Shown here one piece after another: positions 1-8,727 of a stretch of DNA of 64,000 bases. Within the stretch, counting starts at the first letter, position 1, and each line of letters begins with the position of its first letter. The notes below the pieces were generated by a model, which was not told the DNA's origin, did not search any database, and saw only the letters and a program-made list of their open reading frames with translations. The position numbers and the translations under genes were made by a program. This DNA comes from Candidatus Planktophila sp. (GTDB lineage: Bacteria > Actinomycetota > Actinomycetes > Nanopelagicales > Nanopelagicaceae), in NCBI GenBank assembly GCA_038905815.1, contig JBCKHN010000002.1:10916-74915 (forward strand). The letters run 5' to 3'.

Positions 1-2
1 GA

Positions 3-749
3 ATTGCTCCATCTAAATTTATTGCAAAACTTGCATCCAGTCATTGCAAACCAAATGGAGTTCTTGAAATTCCGGCGGATCGCATTTTAACTTTTCTCCA
101 CCCATTACCTGTTTCTGCAATTTGGGGAGTAGGGCCAAAAACGGCAGAAACTTTAGAACGCCTTGGGTTACGCACCGTTGCAGATATTGCACATTTACCA
201 CGGACAACTTTAATTCGAGCGCTAGGTGAAGCCAGCGGTGCTTCGCTCTATGAACTTGCTTGGGGACGTGACTATCGAGATGTCACACCGGAGGAGTCAG
301 AGAAAAGCATTAGCGCTGCAGAAACTTTCCCATTTGATTTAGATAGCCCAGAAGAAATACTTAAAGAGTTCTTACGTTTAACCGAACGCGCAACAGACCG
401 ATTACGCGAGCAGGGGTTATTTGCAAAAACTATTTCGATAAAAGTTCGCTTTGCTGATTTCTCAACGATTAGCCGTTCAAAAACGCTATCTTTGCCAATC
501 GATAGCACACACGAGACATATGAAGTCGTGAAAGGGCTCTACCTTGCCTTACAAATTGAACGTGCGCGGCTTCGCTTGGTTGGCGTCTCCCTTGAAAATT
601 TAAGGCGAGAAGCTCCTGTACAGATGGTTTTGGGTGCCCGAGAACGAGGTTGGCGCGAAGCTGAGAGCGCAATCGATCGAGCTAAAGCCCGCTTTGGCAA
701 ATCCAGCGTACGCCCAGCGCGTCTGATAAGAGCTAAAGAGGAGGAGTAG
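3..749 (+). CDS. dinB: DNA polymerase IV (DinB), 5'-truncated by window edge
   Basis: Frame from nt 3 reads IAPSKFIAKLASSHCKPNG..LHPLPVSAIWGVGPKT..KSISAAETF..IKVRFADF..RLVGV. These are Y-family thumb and little-finger motifs, continuous with ORF 492..749. Confidence 0.93.
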   Translation: MAPSKFIAKLASSHCKPNGVLEIPADRILTFLHPLPVSAIWGVGPKTAETLERLGLRTVADIAHLPRTTLIRALGEASGASLYELAWGRDYRDVTPEESEKSISAAETFPFDLDSPEEILKEFLRLTERATDRLREQGLFAKTISIKVRFADFSTISRSKTLSLPIDSTHETYEVVKGLYLALQIERARLRLVGVSLENLRREAPVQMVLGARERGWREAESAIDRAKARFGKSSVRPARLIRAKEEE

Positions 750-781
750 CGATGAAGAAAAAGATGTTCTATGGTTAGCAC

Positions 782-1147
782 ATGCCGCTATCCGATCGTG
801 AAAAACGCCTTCTTGAAGAGATGGAAGCTGCCCTTTTAACTGAAGATCCAGGCTTAGTTTTAACGCTAACCGGTGGGGGTCTACATCCCAACCGGACTCG
901 CGTACTAACTGGAGTTGGAGTTGTTTTTGCTGGTATCGCCGTTCTCTTTGGTGGCTTAATTAGCCAAACGCCAATAGTCGGTGTCTTTGGATTTCTCATT
1001 ACCCTAACTGGCGTAATTATTGGCATTACCGCCATCTCGCACCGAGGGCACGGTGGTGGTGAGAATGTCCGTCTTCGCAAGAAGAGAAATTTGAACGCCA
1101 AACTTGAAGAACGTTGGGATAGGCGCAATAACGATCCTCAGTCTTAA
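782..1147 (+). CDS. DUF3040-family membrane protein
   Basis: MPLSDREKRLLEEMEAALLTEDP N-terminus, two TM segments and an LEERWDRR C-terminus; usual position between dinB and mraZ in Actinobacteria. Confidence 0.85.
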   Translation: MPLSDREKRLLEEMEAALLTEDPGLVLTLTGGGLHPNRTRVLTGVGVVFAGIAVLFGGLISQTPIVGVFGFLITLTGVIIGITAISHRGHGGGENVRLRKKRNLNAKLEERWDRRNNDPQS

Positions 1148-1265
1148 ATTCCCCCAGCAAATCAGCCGAACTTAGTAAGCATCAAACTCATCAATTCTGA
1201 GCGTGAATTCAATATTTAGTTCTCTTCAATAACGAATCCTGGGGACTGCTGTAGGGCAGCTCACC

Positions 1266-2375
1266 CTATGGTGCCGTAATCAATTTTCTCGAGGTTGTTA
1301 TCTCATCAATGAAATCGAGATCTATCTCCACTCCGATTCCGGGGTCAGTAGGAACTCTCAGTTGTCCATCCTTCATCACGAAAGGAGTCGTTATATCGCG
1401 CTGGTAGTAACGAGATGATGCACTGGTATCACCAGGCAATGTAAATCCCGCGAGGGAGGCGAGTGCGATGTTTGCAGCCCGACCGATTCCAGTCTCAAGC
1501 ATTCCGCCACACCAGACCGGAATATCGTTTTCAACGCAGAGATCGTGGATTTTCACTGATTCGAGATAACCGCCTACCCGCCCGGGCTTTATATTGATAA
1601 TTGTTGTGGCTTTCATGGCCAACGCATCGCGTGCTGATTCGAGCGACGTAATCGATTCGTCAAGGCAGATGGGGGTCTCTACCACCTTCGCCAACATGGC
1701 ATGTCCCAAGATGTCGTGCTCGTTCAGGGGTTGCTCGATGAGAAGTAAGTTAAAGGGATCAAGACTCTTCAAATGATCGGCATCTTCGCGCAAGTAAGCC
1801 TGATTCGCATCAACCTGCAAAGGAACATCGGGAAAGAGTTCGCGGATCACTCGCACGGGCTCGATATCCCAGCCTGGCTCTATTTTCAGCTTGATTCTTC
1901 TGTATCCCTCGTCGATGTACTGGGAGACCTCCTGGGCGAGAGCGTCGATCGAAGAGGTGATTCCTACGGAGACTCCACAGTCGATCATCTCTTTGGATGA
2001 GCCTAAATATGAGCCAAAGGAGATGCCTTCAAGTTTCAACTGAGCATCCAGTAGTGCGGTCTCAACGCAGGCTTTTGACATCTGATGCCCAAGGAATGGT
2101 TTTAGTAGGTCGGCAATCTCTTCAGCACGAACATCTCCTACTTCGAAAATCTTCGGTAAGAGAAAACGTTCGATCACATCTTGTGAAGCAAATGTGTACT
2201 CGGACGAATAAAGAGGTTCGGACATTGCAACGCATTCTGCCCAACCTTCGGACCCATCGTCCGTTCTGATCTTCATCAGTAGAAGTTCGCGCTCGTACTG
2301 CGTTCCAAATGATGTGCGGAAAGGTCTTACCAGTGGCAAGTTGATAATGCGTAGTTCTACATCCTTTATCCGCAT
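1266..2375 (-). CDS. menC: N-succinylamino acid racemase / o-succinylbenzoate synthase (NSAR/OSBS subfamily, enolase superfamily)
   Basis: Motifs PFRTSFG, catalytic KLK, metal ligands VDAN/IEQP/LDES, INIKPGRVGG, WCGGMLETGIGRA and PGDTSAS, like Amycolatopsis-type NAAAR. Confidence 0.9.
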   Translation of the reverse strand: MRIKDVELRIINLPLVRPFRTSFGTQYERELLLMKIRTDDGSEGWAECVAMSEPLYSSEYTFASQDVIERFLLPKIFEVGDVRAEEIADLLKPFLGHQMSKACVETALLDAQLKLEGISFGSYLGSSKEMIDCGVSVGITSSIDALAQEVSQYIDEGYRRIKLKIEPGWDIEPVRVIRELFPDVPLQVDANQAYLREDADHLKSLDPFNLLLIEQPLNEHDILGHAMLAKVVETPICLDESITSLESARDALAMKATTIINIKPGRVGGYLESVKIHDLCVENDIPVWCGGMLETGIGRAANIALASLAGFTLPGDTSASSRYYQRDITTPFVMKDGQLRVPTDPGIGVEIDLDFIDEITTSRKLITAP

Positions 2376-2389
2376 TTACTGATCCTCTC

Positions 2390-3241
2390 TCACTTCTGCT
2401 CTGTTACAACGTAAGCGCCATCTGATGTGAATCCATTGATATGCCAACCCGAGTTCAGGCGGGGCTGTAGTTGTTCGCGTAACGCCAGTCTCCACTCCCA
2501 TGCCCTTGCGCTGTTGTCAGCACGCAATTGGATGATGTCGGTGGGCAGATAAATGGCGACCATCTCTGCAGTTGAAGGGAGGTCTTTCGTCACTGGCTTT
2601 TCATTTTCGTTAGAGAGGGCCACTGGAATTGCCTCTGGCGAAAGTTCGAGGTTTAGGTTGCGAGCCGCGCCTATAACACGCTCAGAAAGAAGATCCCAAC
2701 GTGCGATCACTCGATCCGTCAAGTCACCCGCGTTAAGTGCATCCGGGAGATCTCCATAGAAATCCGCGAAGTAATCAAAGATTTGCACTCCAAGTTTGAC
2801 CAGATTCAACCTCGCATTACGCCGAACCAAGGGATCGAAGGTCCAGGTAATGGTCTCATATCCGTTTTCCAGGGCCCATGCTCTTTGATGCCACTTGAGT
2901 GCGCTGCCGATATTTCTATTGCGGTACTTCTCTTTTACTGCAGCCATGTGGGAGTGAAGGTGAAGATGCCTCTGCGAATCGATCCCGGGGAATGCAAAAG
3001 CCGCTGCAATAAATTCGGCGCCGTAAAAGACGCCGCCGACGTATGCGCCATTGTGAACCATGGCCTGCATAAGATTGGCCGTGATCTGCGTTCCTTCATC
3101 CGTTGGCCACACTTCGTTGCAGATCGCCCGTGCATAGTCCTGTTCTTTAACACCTTGAAGATTGCGAATCGAAACTTGGGCGTCGTCGCTCCTGCGTTTG
3201 GCGTCTTTATAAGCTTGGGCAATTACCTCTAGCGTGATCAT
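2390..3241 (-). CDS. GNAT-family acyltransferase, putative succinyl-CoA:D-amino acid N-succinyltransferase
   Basis: Motifs HLHSHMAAV, IGSALKWHQRAWAL, ITWTFDPL..RNARLN..KLG and DFYG..D.LNAG..TDR, typical of GNATs encoded next to NSAR. Start reassigned to ATG 3241, which has TACGCT 6 nt upstream. Confidence 0.8.
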   Translation of the reverse strand: MITLEVIAQAYKDAKRRSDDAQVSIRNLQGVKEQDYARAICNEVWPTDEGTQITANLMQAMVHNGAYVGGVFYGAEFIAAAFAFPGIDSQRHLHLHSHMAAVKEKYRNRNIGSALKWHQRAWALENGYETITWTFDPLVRRNARLNLVKLGVQIFDYFADFYGDLPDALNAGDLTDRVIARWDLLSERVIGAARNLNLELSPEAIPVALSNENEKPVTKDLPSTAEMVAIYLPTDIIQLRADNSARAWEWRLALREQLQPRLNSGWHINGFTSDGAYVVTEQK

Positions 3242-3364
3242 GGTGCCAGCGTAGAACAGACGAAGAGATTCTGCCCATGTTCCCTTAGGCCAATGCCAGC
3301 GCAATAACAATTAGCGCGCAGCTCGCACGTGGACCCACCGAACCATGGTGGGTTTTTTGGGAGA

Positions 3365-3430
3365 GTAGGGGCATAGGGGAGAAAAAGGGGAAGGGTGGTT
3401 GAAAAAGGAGGAAAGTGGAGTAAAGTGGGG
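3365..3430 (+). promoter_or_regulatory. MraZ-binding direct-repeat array (dcw boxes)
   Basis: G-rich pentamers at 10-nt period upstream of mraZ: GTAGG 3365, AGGGG 3375, AAGGG 3385, GTGGT 3395, AAGGA 3405, GTGGA 3415, GTGGG 3425. Confidence 0.7.
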
Positions 3431-3483
3431 GATTGACCCGTATATTTATTTGCGGGGTCAACCAGGGGAAGGGGCGCGAGAAG

Positions 3484-3915
3484 ATGTTTCTAGGCACCCA
3501 CGAACCGCGCCTTGATGAAAAAGGTCGACTCATCCTCCCTGCGAAATTTCGGGAAGAACTTTCAACTGGGCTAGTTATCACAAAGGGGCAAGAACGTTGT
3601 CTCTACGTTTTTCCGTCCCAAGAATTTTTAGTAATCACCCAAACGCTAAAACAAGCGCCGGTCACTGCCAAAGCTGCCCGCGATTACATGCGTGTGATGT
3701 TTGCAGGTGCGCATGATGAAATTCCTGATCGCCAAGGTCGCGTAACAATCCCGCAAGGTTTAAGGACGTATGCAGGTCTTGAAAAAGAGTGTGTAGTTAT
3801 TGGCGCGAATACTCGTGTTGAAATTTGGGATGCGACTTCATGGCATGAATATCTCGCTGATCGCGAGAAAGGTTTCGCTGATGTTTCAGAGGAGGTATTT
3901 CCAGGTCTCTTTTAA
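3484..3915 (+). CDS. mraZ: Division/cell wall cluster transcriptional repressor MraZ
   Basis: [23 protein letters not shown]...DRQGRVTIP...RVEIWD; true start is ATG 3484. Confidence 0.97.
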   Translation: MFLGTHEPRLDEKGRLILPAKFREELSTGLVITKGQERCLYVFPSQEFLVITQTLKQAPVTAKAARDYMRVMFAGAHDEIPDRQGRVTIPQGLRTYAGLEKECVVIGANTRVEIWDATSWHEYLADREKGFADVSEEVFPGLF

Positions 3916-3918
3916 ATA

Positions 3919-4022
3919 AATCTCTGCTGTGGCCACCGCCGACCTTTCGAAAGTATCGGCGTCCCTTCCCCGGCGCCGATACAGAAATGATCCGTCGGCC
4001 GGCGGTGACCAGAACAGAGATT
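3919..4022 (+). ncRNA. mraW RNA motif (actinobacterial cis-regulatory hairpin)
   Basis: Long nested hairpin AATCTCTG/CAGAGATT, TGGCCACCGCCGACC/GGCCGGCGGTGACCA and GTATCGGCGTC/GGCGCCGATAC, closing a CCTTCCCC loop (3964-3971), between mraZ and rsmH (mraW). Confidence 0.85.
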
Positions 4023-4075
4023 CGCAAGCACAGTAGTCATCGAGAATACGAATTTATGAGCGAAAGGGGGAGAAG

Positions 4076-5023
4076 TTGGATCAGCTACATGTATCAGTCA
4101 TGCGAGATCGTTGTGTTGAGTTACTTTCCCCCGCAATTCTTAGCTGCGAAAGCCCCGTGGTGGTAGATGCAACGCTAGGTTTTGGCGGACATGCGGAAAT
4201 TTTACTAAACCAATTTCCAAACCTTGTCGTTATAGGAATTGATCGTGATTTAGAAGCCATTTCAAAAGCTTCAAAACGTCTCGAACAATTTGGAGACCGT
4301 CTCATTACTGCGCATGGTGTTTTCGATCAAATTGGAAACATTGTTCGAGAACTTGGTTATCGAGAAATAACTGGCGCGCTTTTTGATTTAGGCGTCTCCT
4401 CTATGCAACTTGATGAGGCTGAAAGAGGTTTCTCTTATTCCAACGATGCGCCTCTTGATATGCGCATGGATCGTACGCAGAGCTTCTCTGCTTACGAAAT
4501 TGTTAATACTTACGAACCCGGTCAACTAGTTCGCATCCTTCGCGCATACGGTGAAGAGAAATTTGCTACACGCATAGTTGAGTCAATCATCAAGGCTCGA
4601 AAAATTTCTCCACTGAACTCCACGATGGCTTTAGCCGAATTGGTTAAATTAAGTATTCCAGCTGCAACAAGGCGAACCGGTGGCAATCCAGCAAAACGGA
4701 CATTTCAAGCCCTTCGCATTGAAACCAACGATGAATTAGGCGCGATTACTCGCGCCATACCTGCCGCAATGGAGTTGCTCAGTGTCGGTGCTCGACTTGT
4801 AGTGATGTCGTTTCAATCTCTTGAAGATCGAATCGTTAAAGAACTTTTTCTCGCATCGACTACTTCTAGCACTCCCAAGGGTCTGCCTTATGACATTCCA
4901 GAATTAGCCGCCAAATTCTCATTAATTACCAAAGGTTCCGAGACGCCTAGTGAAACTGAATTAAATGAAAATTCGCGATCTACCTCAGTTCGGTTACGGG
5001 CAATCGAAAGAGTGGCGGCTTAA
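4076..5023 (+). CDS. rsmH: 16S rRNA (C1402-N4) methyltransferase RsmH (MraW)
   Basis: HVSVM, VDATLGFGGHA, DLGVSSMQLD..RGFSY, PLDMRMD and RTFQALRI motifs; TTG start with SD AAAGGGGG. Confidence 0.97.
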   Translation: MDQLHVSVMRDRCVELLSPAILSCESPVVVDATLGFGGHAEILLNQFPNLVVIGIDRDLEAISKASKRLEQFGDRLITAHGVFDQIGNIVRELGYREITGALFDLGVSSMQLDEAERGFSYSNDAPLDMRMDRTQSFSAYEIVNTYEPGQLVRILRAYGEEKFATRIVESIIKARKISPLNSTMALAELVKLSIPAATRRTGGNPAKRTFQALRIETNDELGAITRAIPAAMELLSVGARLVVMSFQSLEDRIVKELFLASTTSSTPKGLPYDIPELAAKFSLITKGSETPSETELNENSRSTSVRLRAIERVAA

Positions 5024-5430
5024 TGGCAATGACTTCACTAGCTCCAGCAATTACTCGTTCAAAGGCGTTAATTGTTAAAAAATCTACCCAAGCGGTGTTG
5101 CGACTTGTTCCAGATATCTCAGTTGGCAAAGAAGCGGACCGGCGTTATTTTGCAAAATTTGTTTCGGTGCTCGGAATTACCGGGTTGATGTCCTTGCTAT
5201 TTATGAACACTTTACTTGCTCAAGATGCATTTAAATTAGATCGCCTTAAATTGGAAGTCAAAATGGTGAGCGATCAACGTGAAGCCATTGATCGTGCTAT
5301 CGATGGCAAGTCTGCTCCGGAAGCACTTGCACAATCTGCCCTTGCTCTGGGAATGCACCCGTCGGAAACTCCAGTTTTTCTCAACCTTGAGCGCGCGATA
5401 GTGCCAACCGGAGCTAAGACTCGTGGGTAA
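5023..5430 (+). CDS. ftsL: Cell division protein FtsL-like
   Basis: Single TM followed by a coiled coil ending SAPEALA..A..LGM.P; lies between rsmH and ftsI. Confidence 0.75.
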   Translation: MAMTSLAPAITRSKALIVKKSTQAVLRLVPDISVGKEADRRYFAKFVSVLGITGLMSLLFMNTLLAQDAFKLDRLKLEVKMVSDQREAIDRAIDGKSAPEALAQSALALGMHPSETPVFLNLERAIVPTGAKTRG

Positions 5431-7228
5431 TTTTTCACTTGCGCAAAAGCGTATTCGAAATCTTGTCTTGGTAATTTTAATCGTAATGTTGGGTTTTGCT
5501 TTTCGACTTTTCCAAATCCAAGTCGTTCAAGCCAGTTCTTATCAGTTGAAAGCGGCCAGCGAGCTAGATAGGACGAAATCGTTGCTGGCCCCTCGTGGAG
5601 ATATTACAGATATACATGGCGTGACTTTTGCGCGAAGTGTCGCGGCAACCAGCATCGCGGTAGACCAGACTCAAATTTCCGATCCGGCTCGAGTTGCAGC
5701 TTTTGTCGCGCCAATCCTTGGTATATCCGTCGAAAGCGTGCAAGATTCCATTACCGGAGTTCGCAAATACAGCATGGTTTTTCGAAATGCGAAGCCAGCA
5801 GTTTGGAAACAATTAACGGAAGCGATCAAGATATACAACTCGAAATTAGATGTCAAGGAAATCGATAAACGAATTATCGGCTTTTCCTCAGAGCGGAGTT
5901 ACGTTCGCGAGTACCCGTCAGGCAGTTTAATCGCATCGCTCATTGGTTTCGTTAATTTCAGTGGGGTAGGCGCAACTGGCCTTGAGTCAAGTATGAATTC
6001 TATTATCGCCGGAGTTGATGGGAAATATTCGTATGCAGATGGATATGGTGCAGAAATACCGGGTTCACAGATGGAGATAGTAACTGCAAAGGCCGGAACA
6101 ACCGTTCGTTTAACAGTTGATCGAGATGTGCAATGGGTTGCCTCGCAGGCGATAAGCGAAGCGGTAAAGAATTCGAGAGCATCGAGCGGAACTGTAATTG
6201 TGATGGATCCGAAGAGTGGTGCAATTCTTGCTCATGCAACTGCACCTACTTTTGATCCAAATAACACTGCTGGTATTTCACTTGATGAAATGCGAAATCC
6301 ATCTGTGCAAGAAGTGTATGAACCAGGATCTACCGGAAAAATTATGACGCTGGCTGCTGCAATTGAAGAGAAAGTCATTACTCCTGAAACAGTATTCACA
6401 GTTCCATATAAGCTAAAACGTTCCACGAAAGTTTTCCGTGAACACAAACCACGCCCGACGGAACGGTTCACCGCCGCAGGAATTCTCGCAGTTTCAAGTA
6501 ATACGGGTTCTATTTTAATTGGCGAGCTCTTAAGCAACCAAACGCTGTATAAATATCTCACCAAATTCGGAATAGGCGCAAGCACGGGATCAGGTTTACA
6601 GGGCGAATCAGCCGGAATCCTTAGGCCCGTTGCCCAGTGGTCTGGCACCAGCGCGCCAACCGTGGCTTTTGGCCAAGGTTATTCACTGACTGCGCTACAA
6701 GCGACCAGCATTTTCGCAACTATTGCAAATAATGGTGTTCGGGTAAGTCCGACCGTTGTTGCAGGAACGAGCGATTCAAGTGGACGGTTCACGCCCTCCA
6801 AACCACGCTCAAGTGAAGAAGTCGTCAGCGCTGCTACCGCCAAGAAAATGCGAGCCATGATGGAGAGCGTGGTTTCAGCTAATGGAACCGCATCAAGTGC
6901 GGCAATTCCGGGATATCGAGTCGCTGGAAAAACTGGAACTGCAATGCGATTCAACGACATCTGTCGTTGTTATAGCGGATACACGTCATCGTTCATCGGT
7001 TTTGCCCCCGCTGATAAACCTGCCTATGTTATTAGCGTGACTATTCAAAATCCAAAAGGCCTGCACTGGGGTGGAGCGCTAGCTGGGCCGGTTTTCAAGA
7101 AAGTTATGTCCTTTGTTTTGCAGAGCCAACATATCTCGCCCACAAATACCACGATAATCCCGCTGGCGCTCAATGAAGCGGACCTACTTGCTAAGAAAGC
7201 TAAAGAAAGCGCAGCTGGTAGCCGCTAA
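5423..7228 (+). CDS. ftsI: Class B PBP, peptidoglycan D,D-transpeptidase FtsI
   Basis: N-terminal TM, RGDITD, EPGSTGK (SxxK), SSN (SxN) and KTGT motifs. Confidence 0.95.
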   Translation: MGNFSLAQKRIRNLVLVILIVMLGFAFRLFQIQVVQASSYQLKAASELDRTKSLLAPRGDITDIHGVTFARSVAATSIAVDQTQISDPARVAAFVAPILGISVESVQDSITGVRKYSMVFRNAKPAVWKQLTEAIKIYNSKLDVKEIDKRIIGFSSERSYVREYPSGSLIASLIGFVNFSGVGATGLESSMNSIIAGVDGKYSYADGYGAEIPGSQMEIVTAKAGTTVRLTVDRDVQWVASQAISEAVKNSRASSGTVIVMDPKSGAILAHATAPTFDPNNTAGISLDEMRNPSVQEVYEPGSTGKIMTLAAAIEEKVITPETVFTVPYKLKRSTKVFREHKPRPTERFTAAGILAVSSNTGSILIGELLSNQTLYKYLTKFGIGASTGSGLQGESAGILRPVAQWSGTSAPTVAFGQGYSLTALQATSIFATIANNGVRVSPTVVAGTSDSSGRFTPSKPRSSEEVVSAATAKKMRAMMESVVSANGTASSAAIPGYRVAGKTGTAMRFNDICRCYSGYTSSFIGFAPADKPAYVISVTIQNPKGLHWGGALAGPVFKKVMSFVLQSQHISPTNTTIIPLALNEADLLAKKAKESAAGSR

Positions 7229-8727
7229 TGCAGAGACCAATCGAGCACCCGACTAGGAGTTTGCGCTCAGCGGCAGCAGTGATTTCTGCCACGACAACAT
7301 ACCTTGACCTAGATAGCATTAACATCTCTGGTATTTCACAGACGAGTAATGAAATTCTCGCTGGAGATTTATTTATTGCACTCCCAGGTGAGAATTTCCA
7401 TGGTGCAAAATTTGTTGCCGATGCGCTTGCGCGAGGCGCGGTAGCTGTCTTAACGGATCTGGCAGGTTCCAAAGTAATAACCGATGATGTGCCTCTCTTA
7501 ATTTCTACTAACCCACGTCGTGCTGCTGGAATTCTCAGCGCTTGGTTTTATGCGGAGCCGATGCGAGATCTCTATAGCGTTGGCGTAACAGGAACAAATG
7601 GCAAGACGACGGTTACCACTCTCTTGCATCAATTAATGGAAAGCGCTGGACGCTCGACTGGACTCATTGGGACAGTTGAAACGCGTATTGGCGCAGAAAT
7701 TATTAGAAGTGGACGTACCACGCCAGAGAGCGCAGATTTACAAGCGCTTGCAGCAGTGATGCGCGAGCGACATGTACGGAACCTGGTAATGGAAGTTTCC
7801 AGCCATGCGATTACTTTAGATCGAATTCGAGGTAGTCACTTTTCAGTAGTTGCGTTCACTAATTTGTCGCAGGATCATTTAGATTTTCATAAGACGATGG
7901 AAAGCTACTTTCAAGCGAAAGCAGCTCTTTTTACTTTTGAATATGCTGATTTAGCAATGATCAATATCGATGATGCTCATGGTAGAAAACTTGCTGGACT
8001 AACTGAACTCCCAGTGGTGAGCGTCTCACGGAACAATTCAGATGCGATTTGGCACTACTCAAAAATTGAGAAAAGCTATGCCGGCGCGAATATTGCGATA
8101 CGAGGCAGTAACGGAATATTTATCGAGAGCAGAACAGAACTCCATGGTGGGTACAATTTCGATAATTTATTGTTGGCAATCGCCCTTGCAGTTGAAAGCG
8201 GAATTGACCCGTTAGAGGTCGCTTCGCTCATCCCTCATTTGACGGGCGCTGCCGGCCGCTTGGAACCAGTACGGTTGGGACAGAATTTCACTGCGCTAGT
8301 TGACTATGCTCACTCACCAGATGCAGTCACTCGAGTATTGGAAACTGCACGTGAAATAACCGCTGGCATAGTTATTGCAGTTCTCGGTTGTGGTGGGGAC
8401 CGAGATAGAACTAAGCGCCCGCTGATGGGCGCCGCGCTTCAAGCTGGCTCCGATATCGCAATCTTCTCTAGTGATAATCCAAGATCAGAAGCTCCCGAAG
8501 AGATACTCAGAGAAATGACTTCCGGGTTAACGATTACACGCCCTAGTGAAATTATCGTTGATCGAGGGCAAGCAATTTCTCGCGCAGTAAGCTATGCCCA
8601 AGCTGGGGATCTGGTAATTGTTTTAGGTAAAGGTCATGAAAAGGGACAGGAGATCAACGGTGAGGTGCATGAATTCGATGATCGAATAGAACTTGCACGT
8701 GCCATTGAAGCTAAGAAAACACCATGA
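7228..8727 (+). CDS. murE: UDP-MurNAc-tripeptide synthetase MurE (DAP-type)
   Basis: GVTGTNGKTT, TTPES, MEVSSH, NLSQDHLDFH, DYAHSPD and GKGHE motifs; DNPR indicates diaminopimelate specificity. Confidence 0.97.
   Translation: MQRPIEHPTRSLRSAAAVISATTTYLDLDSINISGISQTSNEILAGDLFIALPGENFHGAKFVADALARGAVAVLTDLAGSKVITDDVPLLISTNPRRAAGILSAWFYAEPMRDLYSVGVTGTNGKTTVTTLLHQLMESAGRSTGLIGTVETRIGAEIIRSGRTTPESADLQALAAVMRERHVRNLVMEVSSHAITLDRIRGSHFSVVAFTNLSQDHLDFHKTMESYFQAKAALFTFEYADLAMINIDDAHGRKLAGLTELPVVSVSRNNSDAIWHYSKIEKSYAGANIAIRGSNGIFIESRTELHGGYNFDNLLLAIALAVESGIDPLEVASLIPHLTGAAGRLEPVRLGQNFTALVDYAHSPDAVTRVLETAREITAGIVIAVLGCGGDRDRTKRPLMGAALQAGSDIAIFSSDNPRSEAPEEILREMTSGLTITRPSEIIVDRGQAISRAVSYAQAGDLVIVLGKGHEKGQEINGEVHEFDDRIELARAIEAKKTP

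Noticed and set aside
1148-1265. CCCCAG...CTGGGG inverted ends around an AT-rich spacer as a MITE or insertion boundary
   Set aside because: Only a 6-bp match, with no target-site duplication and no second copy seen in the window.
3242-3310. N-terminal extension of the GNAT ORF given in the track (MLLRWHW...)
   Set aside because: ATG 3241 has a TACGCT-N6 leaderless signature; the extension has no SD and no family-like sequence.
3433-3483. Upstream TTG start for mraZ
   Set aside because: MraZ homology starts at MFLGTH (3484), which has a purine-rich SD region upstream.
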